DNA from: Azolla caroliniana
Taxonomy: Eukaryota; Plantae; Polypodiophyta
DNA length: 64,000 bases
Direction: 5' to 3'
Assembly: GCA_043228905.1 (NCBI GenBank)
Contig: JBHGNT010000016.1
Span: 17,918,001 to 17,982,000, forward strand
Part shown: positions 24,179 to 36,414 of the stretch, piece by piece
How positions within the stretch are numbered: position 1 is the first letter of the stretch
Layout of the letters: each line of letters starts with the position of its first letter
Position numbers and translations under genes: made by a program
Notes under the pieces: model-generated
Database searches by the model: none
The model's input: only the letters and a program-made list of their open reading frames with translations
What the model was told of the DNA's origin: nothing

Positions 24179-27100
24179 TTAACCAACGAAAGGATTGGGT
24201 GGTGTCGGGCCGAGATATGGTTTTAGCCGAAATCCATTAACCCAACTTTGCAAGACTTCTCCGGCTAAAGTGCCAAGTTGAAACGTTCCATTGAATTCGT
24301 TGATAATCCAGAAGTGTCCACTGGAAATGGAGTTTCCCCAGCATCGAACCGAGCCGAGTTTGAAACATGAGGACCGGTTTTCCGATTTCAAATGATTTCT
24401 CTGATCCTCACCAATGTTGATCCACAAAGTCTTTCCTTTGTCGCTGCCCTTGTTCTAGTTGTGTGAGGCTAGCGAGCCGATCTTCCCCGATTTCGAGTAA
24501 TTGTTCAAGCCTTTTCTATTCGGACACAGACTCGAATAATCATTTGGTAATTTGGACTCATAAACTCGGCACCTGGAACTCAATTGGCATGACGACTTCC
24601 AACCCGAAAGCCATCCGAAAGGGTGTAGATCTGATACTCGTCTTGAACGTCGTGTGGTACGCCCAGAGTGCACTATGCAATTTGTCATCTCAATTGGTTC
24701 GATTTTTGTTCACGATTTTTTTGAGGATGCTTTGCAATGTCTTATTCATTGATTCTGCCAAGCCGTTTGCCTGAGGATAGTATGGTGTGCTTTTCTTATG
24801 CATGATCGTGTAATGTGTGGTTAGCTCTTGGATAAGGCAATTGAGGAAGTGACCTCCTTGGTCGCTTACAAGCTCGATTGGACACCGAATCAACACCATA
24901 GGTACTCATAAACGAACTTGGTGGTAGACCTGGCCGTGTTGTCGCGCAATGCCTTTTATTCGGCCCATCTCGTGCAATAATCAGTTGCCACAATGATGTA
25001 TTTGTTGCCAGTTTGGGCCGTTGCCGGTTTGAATGGACAAAAAAAATCCAATCCCCACTTCTAGCAAGGCTCCAATGGAAGAACCGGTTGGTGAGGCATA
25101 CGTGCTTGTTCGGTAGGTTGGCCCATGCACTAACATAAGTCACATTGTTTGCTGAATTTGTGGGCATCCTTTTTCGTTGTGGGCCACCATAACCCACTTT
25201 GCCAATTTTTCCGAGCCGTTGCATCCCCGACATAGTGGCTGGCGGCTATTCCATAATGTGCTTCCCATAGGATCACGTCTTTTTTGAATTGGCGCACCGC
25301 GCAGCGCTAGATATTGTCCGAGCCTTTGTGATAGAGGGTTTCTGCGAACAAGCAAAATCTCGGCTACGAACTGCCAACCGTTTCTGGGCATCTAGGGTCA
25401 AATTGTCAAGTGGAAGGCCGATGCTGAGGAAATGCGTCATTTCATTTAACCAGTCATCCTTACTTTCGGTCTTTGGTGTGGTTGCATCCATACCGAAGAA
25501 GTTTGTGTCGGGCAATTCATCATATTCCGTTTCAGTTGGTTCCCCTGATTCAAGCCGACTCAGATAATCGGCCACCGCATGTTGCACCCTTGGCCAATGA
25601 TGTATCTCAAATTTGAATTCCTAGAGAAGTAACATCCATCGTGCCAATCAGCCGGTTAGTGCCTGTTTGTTAATGAGGTATAGTAACATCATGTGATCCA
25701 CGTGGAACGTAAATTTTTGGTCAAGCAGATAGTGCCAAAATTTCGTGATGTTGTATATCATGTCGAGTGCCTCACATTCCTTTGTGGAATAGTTCTTTTC
25801 GGCTGTCGAGAGCTGTCGGCTAGCATAGTAAATTGGTCGATACTAGTTGGGAGGCATTTTTTGCATGAGGGCACTCCCGATGGCCACGTTAGATGTGTCA
25901 ACGAAAACATGGAAGGGTTGCGACCAATCGGGGGGTTGCACCACCAATGCGTGTGACAGCAAAACCTCAAGAGAGCGGTATGCGTCTTCTTTCGTTGCCG
26001 ACCACCGAAACGGAACCCGATGTATCACTGCATGTAAGGGTGTCGCGAACTCAGCCAGGTAACGCATTTGACTATGCCACCGTATTTGACCCAAAAACCG
26101 GCTGAGTGCTTTTGTTGTGGTCGGGGCTGGTGCACTCAGGATGGCCTGCACTTTGTTGGGATCCATAGCAAGTCCATCACGGCTCACAATGTGGCCGAGC
26201 ATAGCTCTACTTGACACGTAGAATGTGCATTTGGCTAGGTTTAGGCTTAGCCTATCTTGCCGGCATCGCTTCAAACAAAGGCGTAAGTGACCGAGGTGCT
26301 CCATCTGTCAACCATACATGGCAAAATCGTCGAGGAAGACTTGCATAAAGGCTAGAATGTAATCGTTGAAAATTTCGGCGATTATTCTTTGGAAGGTGGC
26401 CGGTGCCGTCTTTAATCTGATCATCATGACGACTGCCACAAAAATGCCCCATTCGGTTACAAATGCCATTTTTTCTTGGTTGGCGAGGTGCATGTGGATC
26501 TGATTATACCTATTGAACCCATCTAAAAAACCGTAGCATTCATGATCGGCCATCGCGTCAAACACCCCTTCTATGAATGAAAGAGGAAAGGCATCCATGA
26601 TGATTGCCGCATTCAGCTTGCGGTAGTCAACACAAACCCGTATTTGACAATTTTTCTTCGGGACGATGACAATAGGGCTTAACCATGTTGCCCGTTTAAC
26701 TGGCCGAATGAACCCTACTCGAAGGAGTTTGTCGATTTCGTCTTTTACTTTGGTCGCATAATTGGGATTCATGCGGTAGTGGCATTGTTGTACGGGTCAT
26801 GCATCATGTTGAAGATGAATCTGATGTTGATAGTATTGAGGATCTAACCCCTTCATGTCGTTGTACGACCAGGCAAACACGTCTTGGTATTCCGTGAGTA
26901 GCCCAACCAAGGCTGAGCATTCATCTGACGCCTGTTCTTTTGCGATTTTTAGGGTACGTAGCTTAGTAGGGGAGCCGAGATTGTTTTCCTCTAGGGTGGA
27001 CGCCTTCACTTGCTGAGAAATCGCCAATTCTCGATCAAGCACATCGCGAACATGTCGTAATTACTCCATGGACTTTGGATCAGGTTTGCGATGGACCTTG

Positions 27101-29131
27101 TTTTCTTCAGTGGTCGATTATGATACATAAGGACCGACTGTCGTAAGGATATCAATTTCAAACAAAGGGACAATCATTAGATGTTCCTACAAGAGGTGGT
27201 CCACTTCTTCATCGGCGAGTCCGTCGAGCATGTGGACTCCTTCGGCATATAACGGAGTGGTCTCTTGGGGTGTAGCGATTCGTTCCTCCGTGATGACCCG
27301 AACCTTGGTTTTTCCGTGCCAAAACAAGATCATATTCTTGCTAGTGCTGCTTAATGTTGGTCGTGCGCAACCACGATCAACTAAGCAGTATTCGGTACGC
27401 CCCGGGAGCCTCAAGTCGTAGCACCACCACTGAGATTGTGAAGGTGTGGCCTCCTAGGATAAAGTCCAAGTGGCGAATTAACCCCATTGGTCGAACCGAG
27501 CGGGTATCCGCCATTCGTAGCCAAAACGGACATGGCTCCCATTGGGTGATGCCGAGGTCGTGACATGTGGCCTCACTGATGACATTGACACCGGAGCCAC
27601 CATCGACAATGCAACCATGAAGATCTCGCCCTTTGATCACGAGCTTAACCGCAGGATTGTGGGAATCCATTACGGGTGGACCAGTGCTCGGCTCGGCAAG
27701 GTGTACTAGCAGGGTGGTTGGCTCTTTGCCTATTTAAGGATGCCATTGTATTCTTGAATCGTGGCAGTAATTTCATAAGCTTATGCAAGGGCATCGAGAT
27801 TTGGCAACTTGTGAGTGCTTGCCAAACCGGGTCATCGTCCAATGACCCGGTAGGTTGAGAGGGAGCCACTAGACTGATAGTAATATCCTTCATCTCGGTG
27901 TTGGCGGCATTGGCTATCTCTATCCATTGTTTGGCAGCTTGTCGGACATCATCTTGTATGTCCCATTGGGTTTTCTGAGCCTTACTCCGGGTGGTGACTT
28001 GTTGGATGTTCGCCAGAATGATATTTACTACAGGTGCTTTTCCGCGATCATTTGTCGAGCATTGGGTAGTGTAATGCCCCGATTGGTTACAATTAAAGCA
28101 CGTCACCGGTGCCGAGTTGCTGGATTACCCTTGTTCAAACTGAGATGTTTACCACGATTATAATAGGGAGGCCGCCGATCAATGCCGTCGATACCTTGGT
28201 TCATAGTAGTCTTCCCGGTCGTAATCATAGCGGTAATGGTCGTCTTCAGGGAGATAGCGATCGTCCTCGGGTCGAGGTCGATTATCTAGCTGATAACACG
28301 GCTCCTCAGTTCGGTATTGGTTATCCCGGTGATAGCGATCCTGCTCGAGTTGGTAATCGTCGTCTCGGTGATGTTGATCGCCGTACCAAGGCCATTTGGC
28401 ATTCCTATTCCGAGGTGGGGAACGATCATCCTGTTGAGGGCGATCGTGGTGTGTCTCAATCTGTCGTATAGGAGCAGAGGTTGTACAATTAAGCATATTG
28501 TACTCACATTGTTCGATCGAATGGCAGATCGGGCAATGTGGGCGAAGAGGGCAATCCACGGCCAAGTGGCCAGATTTCATGCACGTTGTGCATTGGAGAG
28601 GCTGGCGAAACTGGGTTTCTTCATGGGTTGGCAAGGTGTGTTGTAGTGAGCCCATCGAAAAAGAAGTGTTATGTTGGGCTCTATCCATCACGAGGACATG
28701 AGCAACCACTTGCTCGATGGTCTATTGGGAAAAATCTATCAAGGCGAGAATTGTTCAGAGGGGCTCCTGGAGGCCGGCAAGGAACGTGGCTTTTAAATTA
28801 TTCCCAGATACATCTTGAGTGAGTTGTTGATAGATATCCTGGAATTGGATCATGAACTGAGAAACCGTCTCCTGCAGTTCTTGTATTCTAGCATAGAACT
28901 GGCGAAGCAATTCCCGCTTAGGTATCACGCGGTGAAAAAGTTCGAGGAATTGAGTGCGAACGTCCTAAAATGTCGCAAATTCCCCAGGACCACAGCGGGA
29001 ATACCACCGGACAATAGGTCCATCGAGGGACAATGTGAATTCTGCAATTTTGGATGCATCGACCTCCGCAACGGTGAGACGTTGCATCGAATGGTTGGCT
29101 TGCCAAGTGGACACAAAAGAGCGGATGTAGG
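24179..29131 (-). pseudogene. Disrupted gag-pol of element C (gag N-terminus continues at ~34550-34830)
   Basis: ORF fragments: INT 24179-25391, RH/RT 25600-27042, PR 27187-27670, gag 27645-29131. Confidence 0.9.
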
Positions 29132-32100
29132 TGTAGGGAATGACCAAAGCCGTCAGTGCAGAAGAGATCATACAGTATGAATCTGTGAGGAAGAAGTACC
29201 TGCGTATGAGAGAGACAAGAACAATATACGTACAGGGAGAGAGAGAGAGAGAGAGAGGCACAAAGCATATATCTATATTCATAAAAGGGCAACAGTTACA
29301 ACAATGAACAACCAACCTTTACAAAAGGTTACAAAGTCACTTTATATAGTGACTCACATAGGGCAACTGCCCTTTATGTTATTTACAGAAATAGCCCGAA
29401 CTTGGGCTCTCTAAGAGAATAGTGTGAATACGTCCATTATACATTTGTATTCGACACTCCCCCATAATGGGCGTATACATGGGTTATCTAAAAAATACAG
29501 GTATAGGCATAGGTTCTCAGACAAGTCGGTTTTGTTCGAATCGGCCTGATCCGTAAACAGAAGACCGAACTGGTCGGATCGGAAAAGCTGAAGCCGATCG
29601 TCATTGAACCGATGTCCGTTGTCCGAAACCATCCTGCACTATGTCCGGCTTCAACCGGACCAATATGTTGTTACGCCCATCTATTGCCGAAGAGACCGGA
29701 ACCGGTCTGCCGAAAGACACTTGGTCATTCCATCTGCGACATTGTCGGTTGTGGATATCTTCTCTAAACCGATTTTCCCGGAAATGACGCAGTCCCGAAC
29801 GAAGTGATATCGAACTTCGATATGCTTGGAGGCGTTGTGATGAACCGGATTTTTCGACAAAGCAACAACACTCTGACTGTCGTTGTAGACAACTGGAGCC
29901 GAGTCGGAGTCGACTTGCCGAAACGTGTGCGCCAGCTGGCCGAGCCATAACGCTTCTTTCACTGCGTCAGAGGCAGCTACATATTCTGCTTCGGTCGTTG
30001 AGGTGGCTGTGCACTCCTGAAGTTTCGACTTCCACGAGATTGCTCCATTGCCGAATTTAAAGCAATATCCGGTTGTTGACTTGCGACTGTCCACACAGTC
30101 GGCGAAGTCCGAGTCGGTGTAACCGGCTACGCCTGAAGTTGAGTTCGGACCGAAAAGGATGTCGTGGTCTTTTGTGCCAGCTAAATATCTGAACACATGC
30201 TTGACTACGTTCCAGTGTGATCGGCCGGGATTGTGCATAAATATGTTGACTCCTACGGCGTGAGAAATATCAGGTCGTGTCGCGACCATCGCGTACAGCA
30301 GAGAGCCTACTGTCGGTGCATACGGTACCGACTTCATGTCTTCCCCCTCCGGACCAGATGTCGGGCAGTCTCGCTGAGAAAGCCGAAGATGAACGGGGAG
30401 CGGGGTCGAAGCAGACTTGGCCGATTGCATGTTGAAGCGTTCCAAGACACGTCCGATGTAGTCGGTTTGAGACAGAAAAAGTTGTCTTTTGGCGCGATTC
30501 CGACTAATCTTCATTCCGAGTATGTGTCTTGCCGGACCGAGGTCCTTCATGGCTAACTTCAATCGCAGTTTCCGAATGAGTTTGGTGAGCTCTCTGGTAT
30601 GCTGACCGGAGAGTAGCATGTCGTCCACGTAGATGATGAGGAAGACGGGAGAACCGTCTTGAGCTGTTTTGGTGAAGAGGCAGTGGTCCTCATCGCTCTT
30701 GGAGAAGCCGACTGACTGGATGAAATCGTCGAACTTCTTATACCACTGTCGGGGTGCCTATTTCAGGCCGTAAAGACTCTTCCTGAGTCGGCAGACTAGA
30801 TGTTCCTGACCGGTGGCCACAAAGCCTTTCAGCTGCTCCATGTAGATTTCCTCCTTTAGATCACCGTGGAGGAATGTCGTTTTCACATCTAGCTGAATCA
30901 GCTCCAAATTGTCGGCAGCCACAACACCGAGCATGAAACGAAGGGTTGTCATTTTCACCACTGGTGAAAAGATTTTGTCGAAGTCGACGCCATATTCCTG
31001 TCGAAATCCCTTCGCAACTAATCTGGCCTTGTACTTTGGGGTGGTCGAGTCGGACGTCTCCTTTAGTCTATTGACCCACTTGCAAGGAAGAGCACGTCGA
31101 TTCTTCGGTAAGTCGACCAGATCCCAAGTCTTGTTGGCGCGGATGGAGTGCATTTCCGACTCCATTGCCAGATGCCAAGTGGCTGAATCGGTAGCTGTCG
31201 ATGCTTCTTCGTAGGACGTCAGTTCTCCGGCGTCGGTGAAGAAAATTCCGGGAGAGTACCTCTTTGGAGGTTGCGACAGTCTCTCGGATCTTCGAGGTAT
31301 GACTGGACTGGTCGCACCGGGTGTCAATGTCGGATGGTCGGAAGCCGAGTCATTCGGCTGTGCCGAATCTGTGGATTCGATGCGAGAGGAGTCAGTTACC
31401 TGTGAAACCGGTCTCGTCTTGTGTGTTGGGCCGTCATGAAGGGTTGGCACTTCGGAAAATATTACCCTTCGGACTTCAATAGGCCTTTTCGGCCGTTTTG
31501 TGCATAGTCGACTCGTTGAACACGACGTCCAAACTTCGGACAATTTGCCTGTGCTCGGGGTCCTAGAGTCGGTATCTGATCTCGCCCTCGAGTCCATACC
31601 CGAGGAAAACGCATTTCCCTGATCTCGGTTCGAGTTTTCAGCGGTTGTCTTTCGGTATGAGGGCGTATGCCTCGCAACCGAAAATCCTCAGCTTATCATA
31701 ATTCGGCTTTCTGCTGGTCCATATTTCCTGAGGTATCTTAAGTCCTAGAGGTCTACTTGGTGACATATTGATTATGTGTACTGCCGTGAGTAGAGCCTCT
31801 GCCCAGAAGCCATCTAACAGTCCGGAGTGTTGGAGCATGGATACAACGCGTTCTTGAATCGTTCGATTCATGCGTTCTACGATTCCGTTCTGCTCCGGAC
31901 TATATGGTTCTGTATATTCACGTCTAATGCCGCGTTCTCGGCAAAATTTGACGAATTCATCATATTTGAACTCACCTCCATTGTCGGTTCGGAGACACTT
32001 CAGTTTCCGACCAGTCTAGTTTTCGATCATCGCGAGCCACTCTGAGAAGATCGAGAACACCCGATCTTTGGTTCTGATGGGGTAAGCCCACACCTTCCGA

Positions 32101-34549
32101 GTCGAGTCGTCAATGAAACTGACGAAGTACGAGGCACCACCGAGTGACTGATGTGGCATCGGGCCATAGACGTCCGAGTGGAGCAAATCGAGCGGGCTCG
32201 ACTCTCTTGGTGCTGATGTCAGGTGTGATGCAGCTACATGTTTGCCGTACTAGCAATGCTCGCAAAACTGATGGTCCGAGAAGGAGAGTTTCGGGATGTA
32301 TCCGGCTCTGGATAGGTGCGTGATGTCGGCCTTGCTGAGGTGTCCAAGTCGTCCATGCCATAAGGATGACATAGGGATATCTATCAGAAATAAGTCACCC
32401 TCTCTGAGTGTGACATACAAGGGGTACAATGAGTGTACCTTTGGTCCTCTAGCAAGCAGGAGGTTCCCTCTGTGGAGTGTCCACCCTCCTGATGAGAAAC
32501 CAACATGGATGCCAGCTTCATCAAGTTGTCTGACTGAGATCAGGGGTCGTGAGAGCTCAGGAACGTGTCGGACGTTGTGTAGTACGAGTGTAGAGCCACC
32601 CGGAAGGTTGAGCTCTACGGTGCCGATTCCGATGATAGCACAGTGCTGCGAATTTCCAACTCGAACTGAGTCGGAGTGCCGGTCCGAATATTGCCGAAAC
32701 TGTGATCGGTGAGGTGTCACGTGATACGACGCGCCCGAGTCCAGAAGCCATGTGCTCGATTCCTCAGTCGTAAGCAGAACTTCTGATTCGACTGGATTCT
32801 CTATGGACAATATGTTCGGGTCGGTCGTCAATATCTCGGCTGAAGAGCCGACGTAGTTGACTTCCTCATGCCGGTTAGTCCTCTGATCAGCTCTCTAAGC
32901 TTTGTCTGTCTTTGACTTGAGTACTCGACAGTCGGCCTTGATGTGTCCCGGTTTCTTGCAGTAGTTGCAGATTCGGGTTTCCCAGGACTTGTTGCGGCTT
33001 CGCTGATTTGTCGGCGGTCGGGAAGAACTTCTTCCCCGGTTGTTCGATCAGTCGGTCAAACCTTGTACTACATAGGCTTCTTCTGCCGAGTCTTTGGTGA
33101 AAGACTTTCTCCGAGCTGCTTCAGTCAGGATTGCACTTGTGACTTCGGAGTACTTGATGGCAGTCGTAGAAGCGTTGCACACAGTTGTAACGAAGGTTTC
33201 CCAAGAGGAGGGGAGACTGCTCATGAGTATCATTGCTCTGAGTTCATCCTCGATTGTTGTCCCCTGTGACGAGATTTGGGAGCTCAAACTTTCGTACTCG
33301 TTAAGGTGTGCCTGAACTGAATCGGAGTCTTTCATCCGCAAGTTGTAGAGGCGCCGGATCAAATACATCTTCGTTGAGGCGACCTTCTTTTCGTAGGTTT
33401 CCGACAGCTTCTTCCAAAGTTCGAAGGTTGTCGTGCACGATTGCACTGTGAAGTACACTGACTCCGACAGGTGCATCCGAATCGTGGCGCAAACGATTCT
33501 GTCCAGCTTCTGCCACTCATTTGCCTTGTATATTTCTGGAGCAGTTTCATTCTCAATCGGATCGATCTGACCCTTGACTATGAGATAGTCCTGCATTTGC
33601 TCCTTCCAAAAATTGAAGTTCAAACCGTCGAACCTCCTTAGACTCATTTCCGATGAGCCGGATGTTGATGCCATCAGATTCGGTTTCGGTTGACGAAGCT
33701 CGGTTCGGAGTTAACTACGAACCTTGTTGGAGTGCAACCGGTCAGCTCACATGATATCGTTCTAGTCATATTTGAACCCGAGTCGGTTCGGCTTCGGATA
33801 TATGTATTGTTGAACTTGCTCGAATTGACTCCGGTAATTTGAAGGACAGAACCGATTGGTCTTCCCGAATGTTGCCGAGTCGAAGTGAGACCGGTTCGCT
33901 TCCGAATATATATGCCAGATACCGATTATTGAAACCGATTGTCTGGACCGATTTTGCTTCGGGTGACTGCAGCGACGAGAGAGACGGATCCAATTGATCC
34001 TCCCGAATGTCGATCAGCCGGATGAAGCACGAATTGGGGTTGTTGTCTTGAGACCGATCTGCACCGAGTGGTTACAACGGGCGGCGAGCAGCGTTCGATG
34101 ACCTGTTCAGATGCCGTTTAACCGAGTGGAGCACGATCGTGTCAATGTTGCACAAGGGGATTTCACCTCAAGCGGTTATGATCACAAGGAACAGAGTACA
34201 ACCGGCTAGCTTACTCCAAGAGAATATGATCTAACGCGATGAGATGCAAGCCTCGTTTTTCTTCTTCTTCTCTCTTCACTGTTTCTTCAAATACAAAGCA
34301 AAAAAAACAGAATGTTGTGATCCAAAGATTCGAATGGCGGCCGGCAGCGGGATGAAGGACATCCAAGCTCTGATACCAAATGTAGGGAATGACCAAAGCC
34401 GTCAGTGCGGAAGAGATCACACAGTATGAATCTGTGAGGAAGAAGTACCTGCGTATGAGAGAGACAAGAACAATATACGTACAGGGAGAGAGAGAGAGAG
34501 AGGCACAAAGCATAAAAGGGCAAGTTACAACAATGAACAACCAACCTTT
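29132..34549 (-). mobile_element. Ty1/copia element D inserted in the gag of element C; 5' LTR truncated
   Basis: 3' LTR 29132-29456 followed by PPT (minus GGGGGAG). 5' LTR 34381-34549 is partial. PBS TGGTATCAGAGC 34367-34378. Gag 33048-33674 (FDGLNFNFWKEQM), PR WLLDSGASYHVT, INT, RT (YVDDML), RH (YTDSDFA). Confidence 0.95.
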
Positions 34550-35095
34550 TAGTAATGGGGATCCGTTAATGGGGATATGGGTAGGGCATGTGTCGAAGTC
34601 TGGGTCTTTTAGTAACGCCGAAATGGCTTGCACTCAGTTTGGGTAACTTCAAAAGGACTTGGAAGCACAACATTCGACTGGGTGTCTGGTGCGGGTAATG
34701 GAGAGGGAGGCGATTCCATTGGCTTTGGCGATGATTTCTACGAGAGCGCTGAGTCGGAAGTTTCCTCAGTGGGCTCGGCGCGGATGGATGGTAACCAAGA
34801 ACGCTTCGTGCGAGGGGGTGTCGTACTAGCAACGGGGGTGCTCCTCCTATGTTGTTCGTTGTGCTTCACAATGGGAACCAGGCGTGCCAAATTGTGTTAT
34901 CTCTTCTTTAGAGATACACCTTTGATTACTTCCTGGGTAATTGGGTCAAGGAATCATGGTTACGTAGGAAGGAAAGATAGGGTTGAACAAGCCGACTTAT
35001 TATGAAACTAGCCGGCCACAACTGGACTTATTGTTTAAAACTTAGACAAAACAAGAACAAAGATTACTTAATTGACACCAAAAGATTGACCCAAC

Positions 35096-35856
35096 TGTTG
35101 TGAATCAACGCTCCGATTCACCTTCACCTCTCGGCCACAACCGAGGAAACACACGAATCGTTGTTGCAGAAAATAGGAAATACAGAGAAAGACACGATAA
35201 CATAGGGATTGACGTGGAAAACCCTAAATGGGAAAAACCACGGGAGTCCTCAAACTCCAACTATCACTATGAACAGAGATGTACAATGGTGAAGCTTCAA
35301 GGCAACAACCTTGAGCTCACTGTCTTCGCCACAGGCGGCGGTAATACACAGAGGCAACGACCTCCTCGTCTCTCTCTCTCTCTCTCTCTCTCGGCTGCTC
35401 TCTTCACTCCTCTTGAGTGGAAAAACAGAAAAATAAGTAGCAACACAAACTGTTTGCCCTAAGTCATATTTATACACATATGACTTTCGGGCTATTTACA
35501 AATATGGCCTCAAGGACCCTTGGCAAACATATTCATAAATATGTCCCCGCATCCGGATTTCTTTCCGGGTACATTCGTCATCCGGCTCCGTAGCCAGGAG
35601 GGTCTTCATCATCCGGCTCCGTAGCCGGGGTCTTCATCATCCGGCTCCGTAGCCGGGGTCTTCTTCATCCGGCTCCGTAGCCGGGGTCTTCTTCATCCGG
35701 CTCCGTAGCCGGGGTCTTCATCATCCGGCTCCGCAGCCGGGGTCTTCTTCATCCGGCTCCGCAGCCGGGGTCTTCTCCATCCGGCTCCGTAACCGCAACC
35801 GGGCTTGCCGTCATTCATCTCCGGACATCCCATCCGGAGGGACCGAAATCCCAACA
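35096..35856 (-). mobile_element. Solo LTR (copia family related to the element at 63098-64000) inserted in the 5' LTR of element C
   Basis: TGTTG...CCAACA with a perfect 5-bp TSD CCAAC (35091-35095 and 35857-35861). Shares ACGTGGAAAACCCTAA...GGGAAAAACCACGGGAG and CATCCGGAGGGACCGAA-TCCCAACA with 63098-63612. Confidence 0.93.
35578..35792. repeat. 28-bp tandem repeat, 7 full and 1 partial copy, inside the solo LTR
   Basis: Unit TCATCCGGCTCCGTAGCCGGGGTCTTC(A/T). Confidence 0.95.
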
Positions 35857-36414
35857 CCAACAAAGTATGTGTTATAGCTTTACTACCACAAAGTATGATT
35901 ACACAGCTCACAGCCGGTAGACCAACGATATAAGTCCCCTCTCTTATAGAGCGTATACAGATCTCTCCCTCTATGTCGCACACCCCCTTCCTATTGCTAT
36001 TGCTTGCTTTTATAGTTTATGTTTCCTCTTGGCACGCTCTAACCACTCCTCTCGTTTTCAGCCTCCATTCTCGGTTGCACGTATTTCATTTATCTACCCC
36101 CCTTCATGCTCGGTCGATACTCCTTTTCACCTACTTTACCTACTCGTTTCTTTTGTTTCGTTTCACACTTCATGCCCTTTGTCCCACAGATAATAGTAAC
36201 CTCTCCTCTCTTTTTTCCAAAAAGGAATATACTTCATTAGTTAAAATATACACAACTTCGATCCCTTTCTCGGGTAGGCCTTGCCTAAACTATCCAATCC
36301 TTCATAAGTGATCTCACTTATTTATCTTACACTTTCACATGCGTCTCTTGTCATCCTTTCCTACACATCACGTGCATTCAATATCCCACATGAGATCTCG
36401 TTCACGCCCCTCTT

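Larger units (their letters stand above)
21471..36195 (-). mobile_element. Ty3/gypsy element C (non-chromovirus, no additional RNase H), decayed; hosts copia D and a solo LTR
   Basis: LTRs 21471-22004 and 34895-36195 (the latter split by a solo LTR). TSD GTAAG/GTAAC. Minus-strand gag (CFNCNQSGHYTTQC), PR (IVDGGSGVNVI), RT (WLSPIVIVPKK...VFLDDF), RH and INT (LVSDQGGHF, YPQANGLAE, VNGFRLKPY), plus an extra ORF after INT. Confidence 0.92.

Noticed and set aside
35578-35792. CRISPR-like appearance of palindromic 28-bp repeats
   Set aside because: Units are head-to-tail with no unique spacers, lie inside a plant LTR, and no cas genes are present.
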